This document shows, piece after piece, positions 1-9,314 of a stretch of 64,000 nucleotides of DNA. The position numbers and the translations under genes were made by a program. Where the stretch lies: assembly GCA_965229245.1 (NCBI GenBank), contig CBDDIW010000002.1:97017-161016 (forward strand). Reading direction: 5' to 3'. How positions within the stretch are numbered: the stretch's first letter is position 1; every line of letters starts with the position of its first letter. The DNA is from Verrucomicrobiales bacterium (lineage in GTDB: Bacteria; Verrucomicrobiota; Verrucomicrobiia; Verrucomicrobiales; V1-33). The notes under the pieces were generated by a model. It ran no database searches and was not told the DNA's origin. It saw nothing but the letters and a program-made list of their open reading frames with translations.

Positions 1-3000
1 CTGTCTACCTCCAGATTCCTTCCGTTCCCCGCTTCCAGAAGCGTGGTGGCCTCCGCGGCGCGGGCGAGCACCGCCTGCCAGTAAGGTTTCTCCAGGCGCG
101 CGGCTTCACTTTCCCCCCAGGCCCTCACGCGACCTGCCCACGCGGAGAAGGGCGCGCCCGTGGCAGGCAGGTCCGCCGCTTTCCCCGCCGCGACCTGGCG
201 GCAGACTTTCTCCAGATCGCCCAGGAGGATGTGCCACGAGACTCCGTCCACCGCGAGGTGGTGGATGGTGAGCAGCAGACGACCGGGACGATCCTCCCCG
301 CAGTCGAGATAGGCCGCGCGCCACAGGGGTCCGGTTTCAAAATTCAAGCGGCCCTGCTCCTGGAGAGTGACCTCACTGATCGCGCGGGCAAGGTGCCCGT
401 TGGCCTGCCCGGTGAGGTCAAGTAAAGAGAGGATGTCTTCATCCGGCTCCGGATGCACCCGCTGTTCCCAGCCCTCCGCACCTCGGGCAAAGCGCAGACG
501 CAACGCGCCATGGCGGATCCCTAACGCGCGAAGGGCGGCGGAAAGCACCGCGGCATCAAGGCGTTCACTAACAGAAAAAAGGAAGGACTGATTCCAGTGA
601 TGGGCACCCTCCATTTCCTGATCGAAGAACCACTTTTGAATGGGCGAGGGCGGAAACAACCCGGTGATTTCCGGCGTCGCGGACGGCCCGGCGGCATTTC
701 CCGCCAGCGCCACCAGAGCAGCCACAGTGGGATTTTCAAACAACTGCCGCGGTGTGAGATGCAGGCCCTCAGCGCGGGCGCGGGCGATGACTTGAATGGA
801 CAGGATGGAGTCTCCGCCAAGCTCAAAGAAGTTGTCATGCGCGCCAACCCGTTCCACGCCGAGAACCTTTTTCCAAATGTCCGCCAGCGCCTGCTCCCCG
901 GGTGTGGCGGGGGGAACATATACACCACGAAGTTCCTCCGCGGCGGGAGCGGGCAGCGCGCGGCGGTCCAGCTTTCCGTTTGTGGTCAGGGGAAAGGATT
1001 CCACCTGCACGAACGCCGCGGGGAGCATGTAGTCCGGCAGGCGGGATTTCAGATATTCACGCAACTCCCCCGCCGCTAGCGGCATGGGAGAGACATACCA
1101 GGCACAGAGACGTTTATCGCCAGGCTGATCCTCTCGCACCAGCACCGCGGCCTCCTGGATGAGAGGATGGGAACACAGGGCGTTAGTGATTTCCCCCAGC
1201 TCGATCCTGAACCCGCGGATCTTCACCTGGTCATCGATGCGCCCCAGGTATTCCAAATCGAATCCGTCCCCGGACGGGATGAAACGGGCAAGGTCACCCG
1301 TGCGATAGAGCCGCCCTTTTCCTGTGAGATGATTCACGGGAAAACGCGAGGCGGTGAGGATGGGACGGTTTAGATACCCCTTGGCGAGCCCGGCTCCGGC
1401 CACGTAGATCTCTCCAGGGATTCCCTCGGGCGCGGGCTGGAGGGAACGGGGATCAAGCACATACAATTGAAGGTCGGGAATCGGCTCCCCGATCAAAGAG
1501 CCCTTGTCCAAATCCCGCGCACTGAGGGGACGCCACGTGACATGCACGGTGGTTTCCGTGATGCCATACATATTCACCAGGCGGGGTCGGACATCGCCAT
1601 GCCGCTCGAACCATGGACGCAGCGAGCGCATTTCCAGAGCCTCGCCTCCGAAGATGATTTCCCGCAGCGCAAAAGGCGGCAGCGCGGGATCCGCCTCCCG
1701 TGCGGAAACCTCCGCCGCGATTAACTGACGGAAGGCGCTCGGCGTTTGATTGAGGATCGTCACGCCCTCCTGGCACAGCAGCCGGCAGAACTCCTCCGGG
1801 GACCGCGTGGTGAGCCACGGCACCACACAAAGCCGTCCGCCATACAGCAGCGCGCCCCAGATTTCCCAAACTGAAAAGTCGAAAGCCGCGGAATGGAACA
1901 GTGTCCAGACATCCTGTTCACTGAAATGAAACCACGGCTCCGTGGCCCGCATGAGCCGGACGACATTCCGGTGCGTGACCATGCATCCCTTTGGCTGGCC
2001 GGTGCTGCCACTGGTATAAATGACGTAAGCGGTCTCGTCAGGGATGTGGCCGCTGAAGTCCGGCGCGGCGGCCATTTCCTCCACGTCTCCCAGGAGGAGC
2101 ATTTTGAATGATCCAGCCGGGACTTTGCCCCGCATCGCCTCATCCGTCAGCAGCACGGTCACTCCGGCATCCGCGAGCATGAAGGCGGACCGGTCCGCGG
2201 GATACGCGGCATCCACGGGCAGATAGGCGGCCCCTGCTTTCAGGATTCCAAGAATGGCCGCGATCAAGAAGCCCGACCGGTCCGCCAGCAGGCCCACGAT
2301 ATCCCCCGGATAGATCCCGGCGGCAATCAGCCGGGCGGCAATTCCATTCGACCGTCTGTCGAGTTCGCGGTAAGTCCAGCTCCTGTGGGAGCCACTGACC
2401 GCGATGCGATCAGGAAACCGGGCCGCAGTTTCGCCAAACCACTGATGCAGCGTGGTCGCGCTGTCAGGTTCTTTGACGTTAGGTTTCGCGGTGGCCAGGA
2501 ACGCCTGGCGTTCCTCCTCTGTGGTGAGAGTATAACTATCGAGCACCGCCTCCGGCCGGGCCGCGAACTGCCCGAGCAAATGCGCCACCTGCCCGAGCAT
2601 TGCGCGGATGAAACGGGCATCGAAGCGCAAAGTGTTGAAAGCACAGCGGAGGCGCAGACGTTCCCCGCCATAGACCTGCAAGGTCAGAGGCACGGTGGTA
2701 AGTTCCCGGAGATCAAAATTCCGATGAGGCCACTCCGGATGCCGCTTCCGCAGTGCCCCGGTGAAATCGTCGTGCTCGAACACCACAAGATGATTGAACA
2801 GCGGGCGATCTCCGGGCAGTCCGGCCATGCGGCGGACGAGGGGCAACGGGGTCTGTTCGTGCGCGCGCATTTCCACCCACGTCCGCCGCAGGGATTGCAG
2901 CCACGGAATGAGCGTCCGGGAGCCCGGGACGAGGGCACGAAACGGCACGGTATTGATCAGCATCCCGGCAAGTTCAGAGCCCCCCTCCAGGGGCAGATGA

Positions 3001-3818
3001 CGGCAGGCCCGGGTGGCACCGGACACCACGTCCTCGCTCCCCGTGCACCGGCTGATGAACAGCGCCCACGCTCCCTGGACGAGCGTATTCAGCGTGACGC
3101 CCGCGCGATGTGCCAGTTCCGTGAGCCGGGTGGTCCCCTCGCGGGACAGCAGGCGCCTCTCCTCCGCCTGGGCCACGTATTCCGATAGAGTCCCCAGCCC
3201 TTCGATGACCGTCGCGGGCGCGGCCTGGACTCCCGCGAGATGAGATCTCCAGAATTCCCCGGAGGCACCGTGGTCCGCGGCGGCCTGCCACTTGAAGTAT
3301 TCCGCGAGCACCGCGTCATCCGGTTCACCGCTTTCCCCCTGGCCGTCGTAGTCGAGGAACACTTCGTCCAGGATCCGGGTAATGGACCGGCCATCGAGAA
3401 GCAGGTGATGAAAGGTCCACACCAGCCGCCATGTGCCCTCCGAGAAACACACCAAGGTGAGGCGCATGGGCGGCGCGCATTTTAAATCGAAGGGGGCAAA
3501 ACGGTCTTCGTGGAGAAAGTGGTCCCAGGCATCCGGTGCCGCGTCACGGAAATCCCTTTCCCGCCAATCCAGGTCCGTCGTCGCGAGCACGGCTTGCACC
3601 GGCACAGGACCGGACCAGTCGAAGACCAGCCGCAGTGCCGCGTGCCGCGCCACGGCCCGCTCCCAGGCCGCGCGGAGACGGGCGGGGTCGATCTCCTCCG
3701 CGAGCGTGCAGACCATCTGTTCCACATCCCTGCCGGATGCCGGGTCTCCGAGCCAGTGCGAGAGCATCCCCTGCTGGAGGGGAGTCAACGGAAGGTCTGG
3801 CCGGGAGATCCTGGACAT
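1..3818 (-). CDS. Non-ribosomal peptide synthetase, C-A-T-E module; runs off the left window edge (partial)
   Basis: Segments translated by hand from ATG 3818, all in the same frame: MSRISRPDLPLTPLQQGML; C core WTFHHLLLDG (~3390-3420); A3 YVIYTSGSTGQPKG (~1990-2030); FDFSVWEIW, NQTPS, IIFGGE, NMYGITETTVHVT; T domain FFELGGDSILS (~800-830); E core IHHLAVDGVSW (~235-266). Absent from the ORF track, consistent with no in-window stop. Confidence 0.95.
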   Translation of the reverse strand, partial: MSRISRPDLPLTPLQQGMLSHWLGDPASGRDVEQMVCTLAEEIDPARLRAAWERAVARHAALRLVFDWSGPVPVQAVLATTDLDWRERDFRDAAPDAWDHFLHEDRFAPFDLKCAPPMRLTLVCFSEGTWRLVWTFHHLLLDGRSITRILDEVFLDYDGQGESGEPDDAVLAEYFKWQAAADHGASGEFWRSHLAGVQAAPATVIEGLGTLSEYVAQAEERRLLSREGTTRLTELAHRAGVTLNTLVQGAWALFISRCTGSEDVVSGATRACRHLPLEGGSELAGMLINTVPFRALVPGSRTLIPWLQSLRRTWVEMRAHEQTPLPLVRRMAGLPGDRPLFNHLVVFEHDDFTGALRKRHPEWPHRNFDLRELTTVPLTLQVYGGERLRLRCAFNTLRFDARFIRAMLGQVAHLLGQFAARPEAVLDSYTLTTEEERQAFLATAKPNVKEPDSATTLHQWFGETAARFPDRIAVSGSHRSWTYRELDRRSNGIAARLIAAGIYPGDIVGLLADRSGFLIAAILGILKAGAAYLPVDAAYPADRSAFMLADAGVTVLLTDEAMRGKVPAGSFKMLLLGDVEEMAAAPDFSGHIPDETAYVIYTSGSTGQPKGCMVTHRNVVRLMRATEPWFHFSEQDVWTLFHSAAFDFSVWEIWGALLYGGRLCVVPWLTTRSPEEFCRLLCQEGVTILNQTPSAFRQLIAAEVSAREADPALPPFALREIIFGGEALEMRSLRPWFERHGDVRPRLVNMYGITETTVHVTWRPLSARDLDKGSLIGEPIPDLQLYVLDPRSLQPAPEGIPGEIYVAGAGLAKGYLNRPILTASRFPVNHLTGKGRLYRTGDLARFIPSGDGFDLEYLGRIDDQVKIRGFRIELGEITNALCSHPLIQEAAVLVREDQPGDKRLCAWYVSPMPLAAGELREYLKSRLPDYMLPAAFVQVESFPLTTNGKLDRRALPAPAAEELRGVYVPPATPGEQALADIWKKVLGVERVGAHDNFFELGGDSILSIQVIARARAEGLHLTPRQLFENPTVAALVALAGNAAGPSATPEITGLFPPSPIQKWFFDQEMEGAHHWNQSFLFSVSERLDAAVLSAALRALGIRHGALRLRFARGAEGWEQRVHPEPDEDILSLLDLTGQANGHLARAISEVTLQEQGRLNFETGPLWRAAYLDCGEDRPGRLLLTIHHLAVDGVSWHILLGDLEKVCRQVAAGKAADLPATGAPFSAWAGRVRAWGESEAARLEKPYWQAVLARAAEATTLLEAGNGRNLEVD

Positions 3819-3822
3819 GGAT

Positions 3823-4596
3823 TCAGAGCAGGGAGAGATCGCGCCGCCGGTCGCGCAGGGCCGGGAAGGAGGCCCGCCATTCCGCCACGGTTTCGGGATT
3901 GAGGATGGCCTTGATGAACCCCGCGTCTTTCCCGGCCTCCGCCAGCACCTCCGCCCGGGGGCCGAGGATGGCGCTGCCTCCGGCGTAGCTGAAACCCGGG
4001 TCCGTCCCGGCACGGTTGACGCCGATGAGCCCGGCCATGTTTTCAATGGCCCGGGCACGAAGGAGGGTACTCCAGTGATCGTGCCGGCGCTCCGGCCAGC
4101 TCGCGATCACCGCGAAGAGGTCCGCGCCCTGGTCCAGGGCGAGCCGGAAGATTTCAGGAAACCGGAGATCGTAACAAATGAAAGGAGCCACCGTGAATCC
4201 CCCCCAGGAGAAAGTCACGACACGGTCCCCCGCGGGATAAGCCTCCGCTTCCCCAGCCGTGGTGAAGGGATGGAGCTTCCGGTAACGCGCCAGCTCCCTG
4301 CCATCCGGACCAAAGGTGACGGACACATTGGCACCCGTGCCGCCGGGGCGGGTCGCGAGTCCGGCCATGAGGGCGATGCCATATTGCCGGGCCAGATGCG
4401 AGAGAAAGGCTTCGGATTCCCCGGCTCCCTCCGTGGCGGCGTCCACATCCTGGCTGAAACCGCTGGCGAACATCTCCGGCAGGATCACCAGCGCGCCGGA
4501 AGCCGGAGCGGCCGTCTCCAGCAGAGCCGCCACGCGGGCATGATTCTCCCCGCGATCATGCCACGCGATGTCGGTCTGAAGTCCAATCAGTTCCAT
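3823..4596 (-). CDS. Carbon-nitrogen hydrolase (nitrilase/omega-amidase family)
   Basis: E-K-C triad motifs LPEMF, YRKLH, ICYDLRFPE and RARAIEN. Start moved to ATG 4596 (MELIGLQ). Ends 4 nt before the NRPS start. Confidence 0.9.
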   Translation of the reverse strand: MELIGLQTDIAWHDRGENHARVAALLETAAPASGALVILPEMFASGFSQDVDAATEGAGESEAFLSHLARQYGIALMAGLATRPGGTGANVSVTFGPDGRELARYRKLHPFTTAGEAEAYPAGDRVVTFSWGGFTVAPFICYDLRFPEIFRLALDQGADLFAVIASWPERRHDHWSTLLRARAIENMAGLIGVNRAGTDPGFSYAGGSAILGPRAEVLAEAGKDAGFIKAILNPETVAEWRASFPALRDRRRDLSLL

Positions 4597-4599
4597 TGA

Positions 4600-4990
4600 G
4601 GCGAAAGGGAGGAGGCGGAGGATGGAAGTGAACCGAAAAAAATAGTAGTTAATATCATAATAACAAGAGTGAATCAAATTTCGGGATCAACAAAAACATC
4701 GCGGATTATAACCTGAATATTCTGATAGAGTCGATTATTCATATTTACAAATTAAAATAGAGAGCAAAACCTATTGTAATTACTGTTTTTATGAGCGAAT
4801 TTTCAGGGTTTCGAGCGTTGCCGGGACGCACTGACAAGAATTTCTCTCACTTTTAAAAATGACTGCGTTTTCCGTCTGTCCTCTTCCCTGCCTCCTGCCG
4901 GGGTTGGTTTGGCCGGGCCTATTATCATTTTTGCAAATGCCCGGGAGTAGTCAGGAAACCGGCCACCTGGCTTGAATTTCAACTCCACAC
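4600..4990. promoter_or_regulatory. AT-rich divergent promoter region between the nitrilase/NRPS and EPS operons
   Basis: Visibly AT-rich non-coding stretch (especially 4640-4800) between divergent genes in an otherwise GC-rich window. Individual boxes not resolved. Confidence 0.55.
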
Positions 4991-4997
4991 CTGTCCC

Positions 4998-5597
4998 ATG
5001 CCCATTCGGAAATTTCTTCCCGCCGCCCTGCTGGCCCTGAGTGTCCCCGCCATGGCCCAGGAGGAGCACAAAACCGCGCCCGCTTCCCGGACCCCGGTCC
5101 CGGCGGAGGCGGAAAACGCCCCGCTGCGTGCCGGGGATACCGTGGATATCCGGGTCTCCCGCCATGACGAACTCGCCGTGCGCGGTCCCGTGGGCACTGA
5201 CGGCACCGTGGCCCTGATGCACATCGGCAGCGTGGCCCTGGCCGGACTGACGCCGGTGCAGGCAGGTGCCCGCATCGAGGCCCTGTATGCGGATGGCTGG
5301 CTGAAAAAGCCGCAGGTGTCCGTGAATGTCACGGAGTATGCCCGGGGCAGGTTTACCGTCACCGGAGAGGTGAACCGGCCTAATACTTACACGCTTCCCC
5401 GAAACCGCGGCATGACCCTGCTGGAGGCCATCGGGACGGCGGGGCATTTCAAAACCACGGCGAATCAACGAACCGTGATCCTGAAACGCGGCGGACGGTC
5501 CTACGAAATCAACGTCAAAGGCATCCTCAAGAATCCCGCGACCGACGTGCCCCTCAAGGACGGTGACCTCATCTGGGTCAAGGAGTCCCTCTTCTAA
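4998..5597 (+). CDS. Short polysaccharide export (OPX/Wza-like) protein with Poly_export and SLBB domains
   Basis: Signal peptide; LRAGDTV, DGTVALMHIGSV.LAGLT, VTGEVNRP, L.DGD motifs; 199 aa. Confidence 0.9.
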   Translation: MPIRKFLPAALLALSVPAMAQEEHKTAPASRTPVPAEAENAPLRAGDTVDIRVSRHDELAVRGPVGTDGTVALMHIGSVALAGLTPVQAGARIEALYADGWLKKPQVSVNVTEYARGRFTVTGEVNRPNTYTLPRNRGMTLLEAIGTAGHFKTTANQRTVILKRGGRSYEINVKGILKNPATDVPLKDGDLIWVKESLF

Positions 5598-5603
5598 GAT
5601 CCC

Positions 5604-7796
5604 ATGCTTCCCGCTGACGAGAAACCTGGAGGCCGGAACACGGCCATGGAAACCGGACAGCCCTGGTCCCGGTTCCAGGCCCCCGTGTATTCCGTTTCAG
5701 TGGACACGGCGGGTGCCGAGCCGCCGTCCATCGACTTCGGGGCGTTTGGCCGGGCCCTGCGGCGCTTCTGGCCGGTGCTCGCGGCTTCCATCGCCGTCTG
5801 CCTGGGCGGCGCTTGGTATTACCTGAAACACACGCCCACGCTGTATCTGGCGCTGGGGGAAATCGCCGTGGGGCAGGAGCGCAGTGAACTGATGAACGGC
5901 GCGAAGGGGGAGGATCTGAAATCCTTGGAGGTGCTCAAAAGCATCGAACGCGAGATCGCGGGGCAGAACATCCTGCTGGAAATCGCCCGCCGGTTCGACA
6001 TGCACCACGATCCCGGTCTGGCAGGTCCGCGCGCAAAAGAGGGCCTGCATGATGACGAAGCGGTCATCGCTCTGGGCCGCCGTGTCACCGCCAGCCTGGA
6101 ACGCGGCACGCGGAATATCGTGATCAGCGTCGAGGACACGGAGCCCGCGCGCGCCCGGGAGATTTGTCAGGCGATGATCGACATGGTGGTGAAACGCGAC
6201 AACGGATCCTCTCCGGCGATCAAAGAAAAAGCGGTCGTCGCGCTGGAGGCACAGGCCACCGCCGCCCGTGCCCGCATGGAGGCGGCGCAGACCTCCGTGA
6301 ATACTTTTCGCGCCCGCTACCCGGATCTGCCACTGGAAGAAAATCCGTCCGAGATCAAGACGAACTCCTACGAGGACCGGCTGAAGGAACTGAACATCGA
6401 AGCCGCGAAAGCGCGGGAGGAGGTGGCGGGAATGACCGCCACCGCGGAACGCATCGCCGCCGCCGGGAAGGACATCGAAGCCCTCCTGGCCGTTCCCGGA
6501 CTGGGCACCCAGGAAGTGGTGGTGGCGCAACGGAAGGCCTTGGGAGACGCGGTTTCCAAACTGGAGGCGTCGGACTACGGCTGGAAACATCCCGCCTACC
6601 AGGCGATGCAAAAGCAAATCCAGGAACTTTCCGGCGCGTTGCTCCAGACGCTGCTCACGGCGGCCAGGGTGGAGATTGCGAAGTTTGAGAAAGCGACCGG
6701 GAACCTCGATCGGGTGGAGGCCCGGCTCGCCGCACTCAAAGGAGAGCAGAATAACTTCTCGGTGGTGGCCGGGGAATTTCAGCCGCTGGCGCGGGAGTTG
6801 AAGTCCGCGCAGACAGCTTACTCAGCGGTGCTGGGACGGCTGAATGAGGAGAAGACGAATTCCGCCTATGGCGCGGGCGCGCTCAGCGTGGTGGCGGAAC
6901 CGCTCACGCCCACCTGGCCGTCGAAGCCGCGCCGTCTCCTGGTGATGGCGGCGGGAGGAGCGGCGGGCGTTTTTGGAGGGCTGGGTCTCGTCGTGGTTTT
7001 TCTGCTGCTGGATCGCAGCGTGCGTTCGCCGGGCTCCGGGGAGCGGCTTCTACATATGCCCGGGCTCGCCGTGATCCCGAGGGTGAAGGAGGCAAAATGG
7101 CTGGCGGGCGGCCACGGGACGGACAGCCCCGCGGCGGAGTGTTTTCGTGGGCTGCGGGCGGCCATGGCGCGCGGCGGACGGAGTTTCCTTTTCACCAGTG
7201 CCCGGGCGGGGGAGGGCAAAAGTTACGTGGCGCTCAACTTCGCCGCCAGTTTGGCGCAACAGGGCCACCGCACGCTCCTCATCGACGCAAACCTGCGTGC
7301 TCCCGTGCTGGACACGCTCCTCCTGGGGGAGCGGGCTCGCCATGGGCTGGCGGACTACCTGACCGGAGAGGCCGCGCCGGAGGCGAAGTTCTGCCGGCAA
7401 ACGGAGGTGCCGAATCTGTTCCTTTTTTCCGCCGGGATTCCCCGTTCGCATCCAGGGGAAATCCTGGGCGAGTCCGCGTTTCTGAACCTGCTGAACGAAT
7501 CCCTGCAATGGTTTCACCGGGTGGTGATCGACACGCCGTCCGCGGGCCAATACGCGGATGCCCTGCCGCTGGCCAAGCATGTGGATGCCGTCTGTCTGGT
7601 GCTCCGCGCCGGGGTCACCAAAAAAGGCGAGGCTCTGAAAGCCCTGCACCGCCTGGCCACGGCGGGAGCGCGACCGGCGGGCTTCGTGCTGAACGCGGCC
7701 CCGGAGGAAGTCGTCAGGGAAAGCTTCTCCGGCGGGATCGCCGTCCCTTTCCAGTCCCCCGCCCTGCTCCCGGCTCTACCCTCCACCCGTGCCTGA
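5604..7796 (+). CDS. Polysaccharide co-polymerase / BY-kinase-like protein (Wzc/GumC family)
   Basis: Two TM segments flanking a coiled coil; P-x-KPRR before TM2; Walker A GEGKS, LLIDANLR, VVIDTP. Confidence 0.9.
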   Translation: MLPADEKPGGRNTAMETGQPWSRFQAPVYSVSVDTAGAEPPSIDFGAFGRALRRFWPVLAASIAVCLGGAWYYLKHTPTLYLALGEIAVGQERSELMNGAKGEDLKSLEVLKSIEREIAGQNILLEIARRFDMHHDPGLAGPRAKEGLHDDEAVIALGRRVTASLERGTRNIVISVEDTEPARAREICQAMIDMVVKRDNGSSPAIKEKAVVALEAQATAARARMEAAQTSVNTFRARYPDLPLEENPSEIKTNSYEDRLKELNIEAAKAREEVAGMTATAERIAAAGKDIEALLAVPGLGTQEVVVAQRKALGDAVSKLEASDYGWKHPAYQAMQKQIQELSGALLQTLLTAARVEIAKFEKATGNLDRVEARLAALKGEQNNFSVVAGEFQPLARELKSAQTAYSAVLGRLNEEKTNSAYGAGALSVVAEPLTPTWPSKPRRLLVMAAGGAAGVFGGLGLVVVFLLLDRSVRSPGSGERLLHMPGLAVIPRVKEAKWLAGGHGTDSPAAECFRGLRAAMARGGRSFLFTSARAGEGKSYVALNFAASLAQQGHRTLLIDANLRAPVLDTLLLGERARHGLADYLTGEAAPEAKFCRQTEVPNLFLFSAGIPRSHPGEILGESAFLNLLNESLQWFHRVVIDTPSAGQYADALPLAKHVDAVCLVLRAGVTKKGEALKALHRLATAGARPAGFVLNAAPEEVVRESFSGGIAVPFQSPALLPALPSTRA

Positions 7797-9300
7797 TATG
7801 ATAGAGGAAGCCGCCTCCCTGCGCTCCGTGCCTCCCGTAAAAGCCGTGCATGCCTCGGAGGTCACGGTGCGGACAGGGCTCGCCCGCCGGGCGGACCGCC
7901 GGAACTTCGCGGCGCGGATGGAGATGTATAGTTTTGTCGGAGATCTCGCCATCACGGCGTGGATGCTTCTGCTGGCCTACTGGTGCCGGTTTGTCAGTCC
8001 GCTGAAGCACTACGGCTTCTTCACGGAGACCGTGGTTTTTCACCACTATGTGGGTCATCTTTTCATCGGCGTGGCCCTCATGGGCGTGCTCCTGGTGAAC
8101 TCGCGCACCTACAATCCTCAGTATCTGCTTTCCCTGGGATATGTGAGCAACGCCATCGGCCGGGCGTGCCTGGGATGGCTGGTGTGTTTCATGGGGCTGT
8201 CGTTTGTCCTGAGGTTCGAGCCTTCCATTTCGCGGCTCTACTGCGGGCTCGGGTTCGGACTTTCGCTCATCGGTCTGCTGACATGGCGGGTGGTGCTGAA
8301 CCGGCTGGTGCGACGGGAGCAGAATGTCCAGCGGCTGCGGGAGCGGGTGCTGCTGGTGGGGTGGACGGAGGATTCCCCCAACCTGGTCAATCTGATGCGG
8401 CGCGAACGCCGGCACACCTTTGAAGTGGCGGGCGTGATCGAGCCCCCCGCGGGATTCGGCAAGCACCAGCCGGATGGCAGTGTGCCCGTGGCGGGCCGCT
8501 ACGCGGAACTCCGCCGCATCCTCGCCCATGAAGACATCGATGCCGTGCTGGTGAGCGACATGAACCTCACCCACGAGGAACTGGTGGGCATGTCCATCCT
8601 TTGTGAAAAGGAGCTCGTGGACTTCAAGATCGTTCCTAACTGTTTCCAGATCCTGCTCAGCGGGCTGAGCCTGGAGAACATCAGCGGCGTGCCGGTGCTG
8701 GGGGTCAGCCGCCTGCCACTGCATTCATCCTTCAAGCAGTATCTGAAACGGACGGTGGACGTGTGCGGGGCGCTCATCGGGCTGATGCTCAGCGCGCCGG
8801 TGATTGCCTTCTTCGGCCTGCTGGTGTGGCTGGAGGACCGGGGCTCCATCTTTTACGGACAGACGCGCATCGGGCGGGACGGGAAGGCGTTTCGTATCTG
8901 GAAGATCCGCAGCATGAGGCAAAACAGCGAGCAGCACGGCGTGGGCTGGACGGTGAAGGGTGACAAGCGCCTGCTGAAGGCCGGGGGCTTCATGCGGAAG
9001 TATAACATCGATGAAGTGCCGCAGTTCTGGAACGTTCTCACGGGGGAGATGAGCCTGGTGGGCCCCCGCCCGGAGCGCCCGGAACTCATCCATAATCTGA
9101 AAGAGGAAATCCCCCACTACCAGGCCCGTCACGATGTAAAGCCAGGCATTACCGGCTGGGCACAGGTAAACGGCCTGCGTGGGGACACGGACCTCAGCGA
9201 GCGGATCAAGTATGACCTCTTCTATATCGAAAACTGGAGCTTCCTGTGGGACATCCAGATCATGCTGATGACCTTTGTGAAACGGGAGAACGCGTGCTGA
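7789..9300 (+). CDS. Priming undecaprenyl-phosphate glycosylphosphotransferase (WcaJ/GumD family)
   Basis: N-terminal TMs; KRTVD, F.IWKIRSM, DEVPQFWNV..GEMSLVGPRPE, KPGITGWAQV. Start is GTG 7789 or ATG 7798. Confidence 0.93.
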   Translation: MPDMIEEAASLRSVPPVKAVHASEVTVRTGLARRADRRNFAARMEMYSFVGDLAITAWMLLLAYWCRFVSPLKHYGFFTETVVFHHYVGHLFIGVALMGVLLVNSRTYNPQYLLSLGYVSNAIGRACLGWLVCFMGLSFVLRFEPSISRLYCGLGFGLSLIGLLTWRVVLNRLVRREQNVQRLRERVLLVGWTEDSPNLVNLMRRERRHTFEVAGVIEPPAGFGKHQPDGSVPVAGRYAELRRILAHEDIDAVLVSDMNLTHEELVGMSILCEKELVDFKIVPNCFQILLSGLSLENISGVPVLGVSRLPLHSSFKQYLKRTVDVCGALIGLMLSAPVIAFFGLLVWLEDRGSIFYGQTRIGRDGKAFRIWKIRSMRQNSEQHGVGWTVKGDKRLLKAGGFMRKYNIDEVPQFWNVLTGEMSLVGPRPERPELIHNLKEEIPHYQARHDVKPGITGWAQVNGLRGDTDLSERIKYDLFYIENWSFLWDIQIMLMTFVKRENAC

Positions 9301-9314
9301 CATCCCGAACGTCC

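Noticed and set aside
106-4599. Many short ORFs over the NRPS and nitrilase (e.g. 2385..3188, 3433..4599)
   Set aside because: Shadow or off-frame ORFs of the real minus-strand genes.
4915-4955. Fur-box-like attatcatt and ops-like gggagtag upstream of the OPX gene
   Set aside because: Only partial matches (about half of the Fur consensus; not GGCGGTAG).
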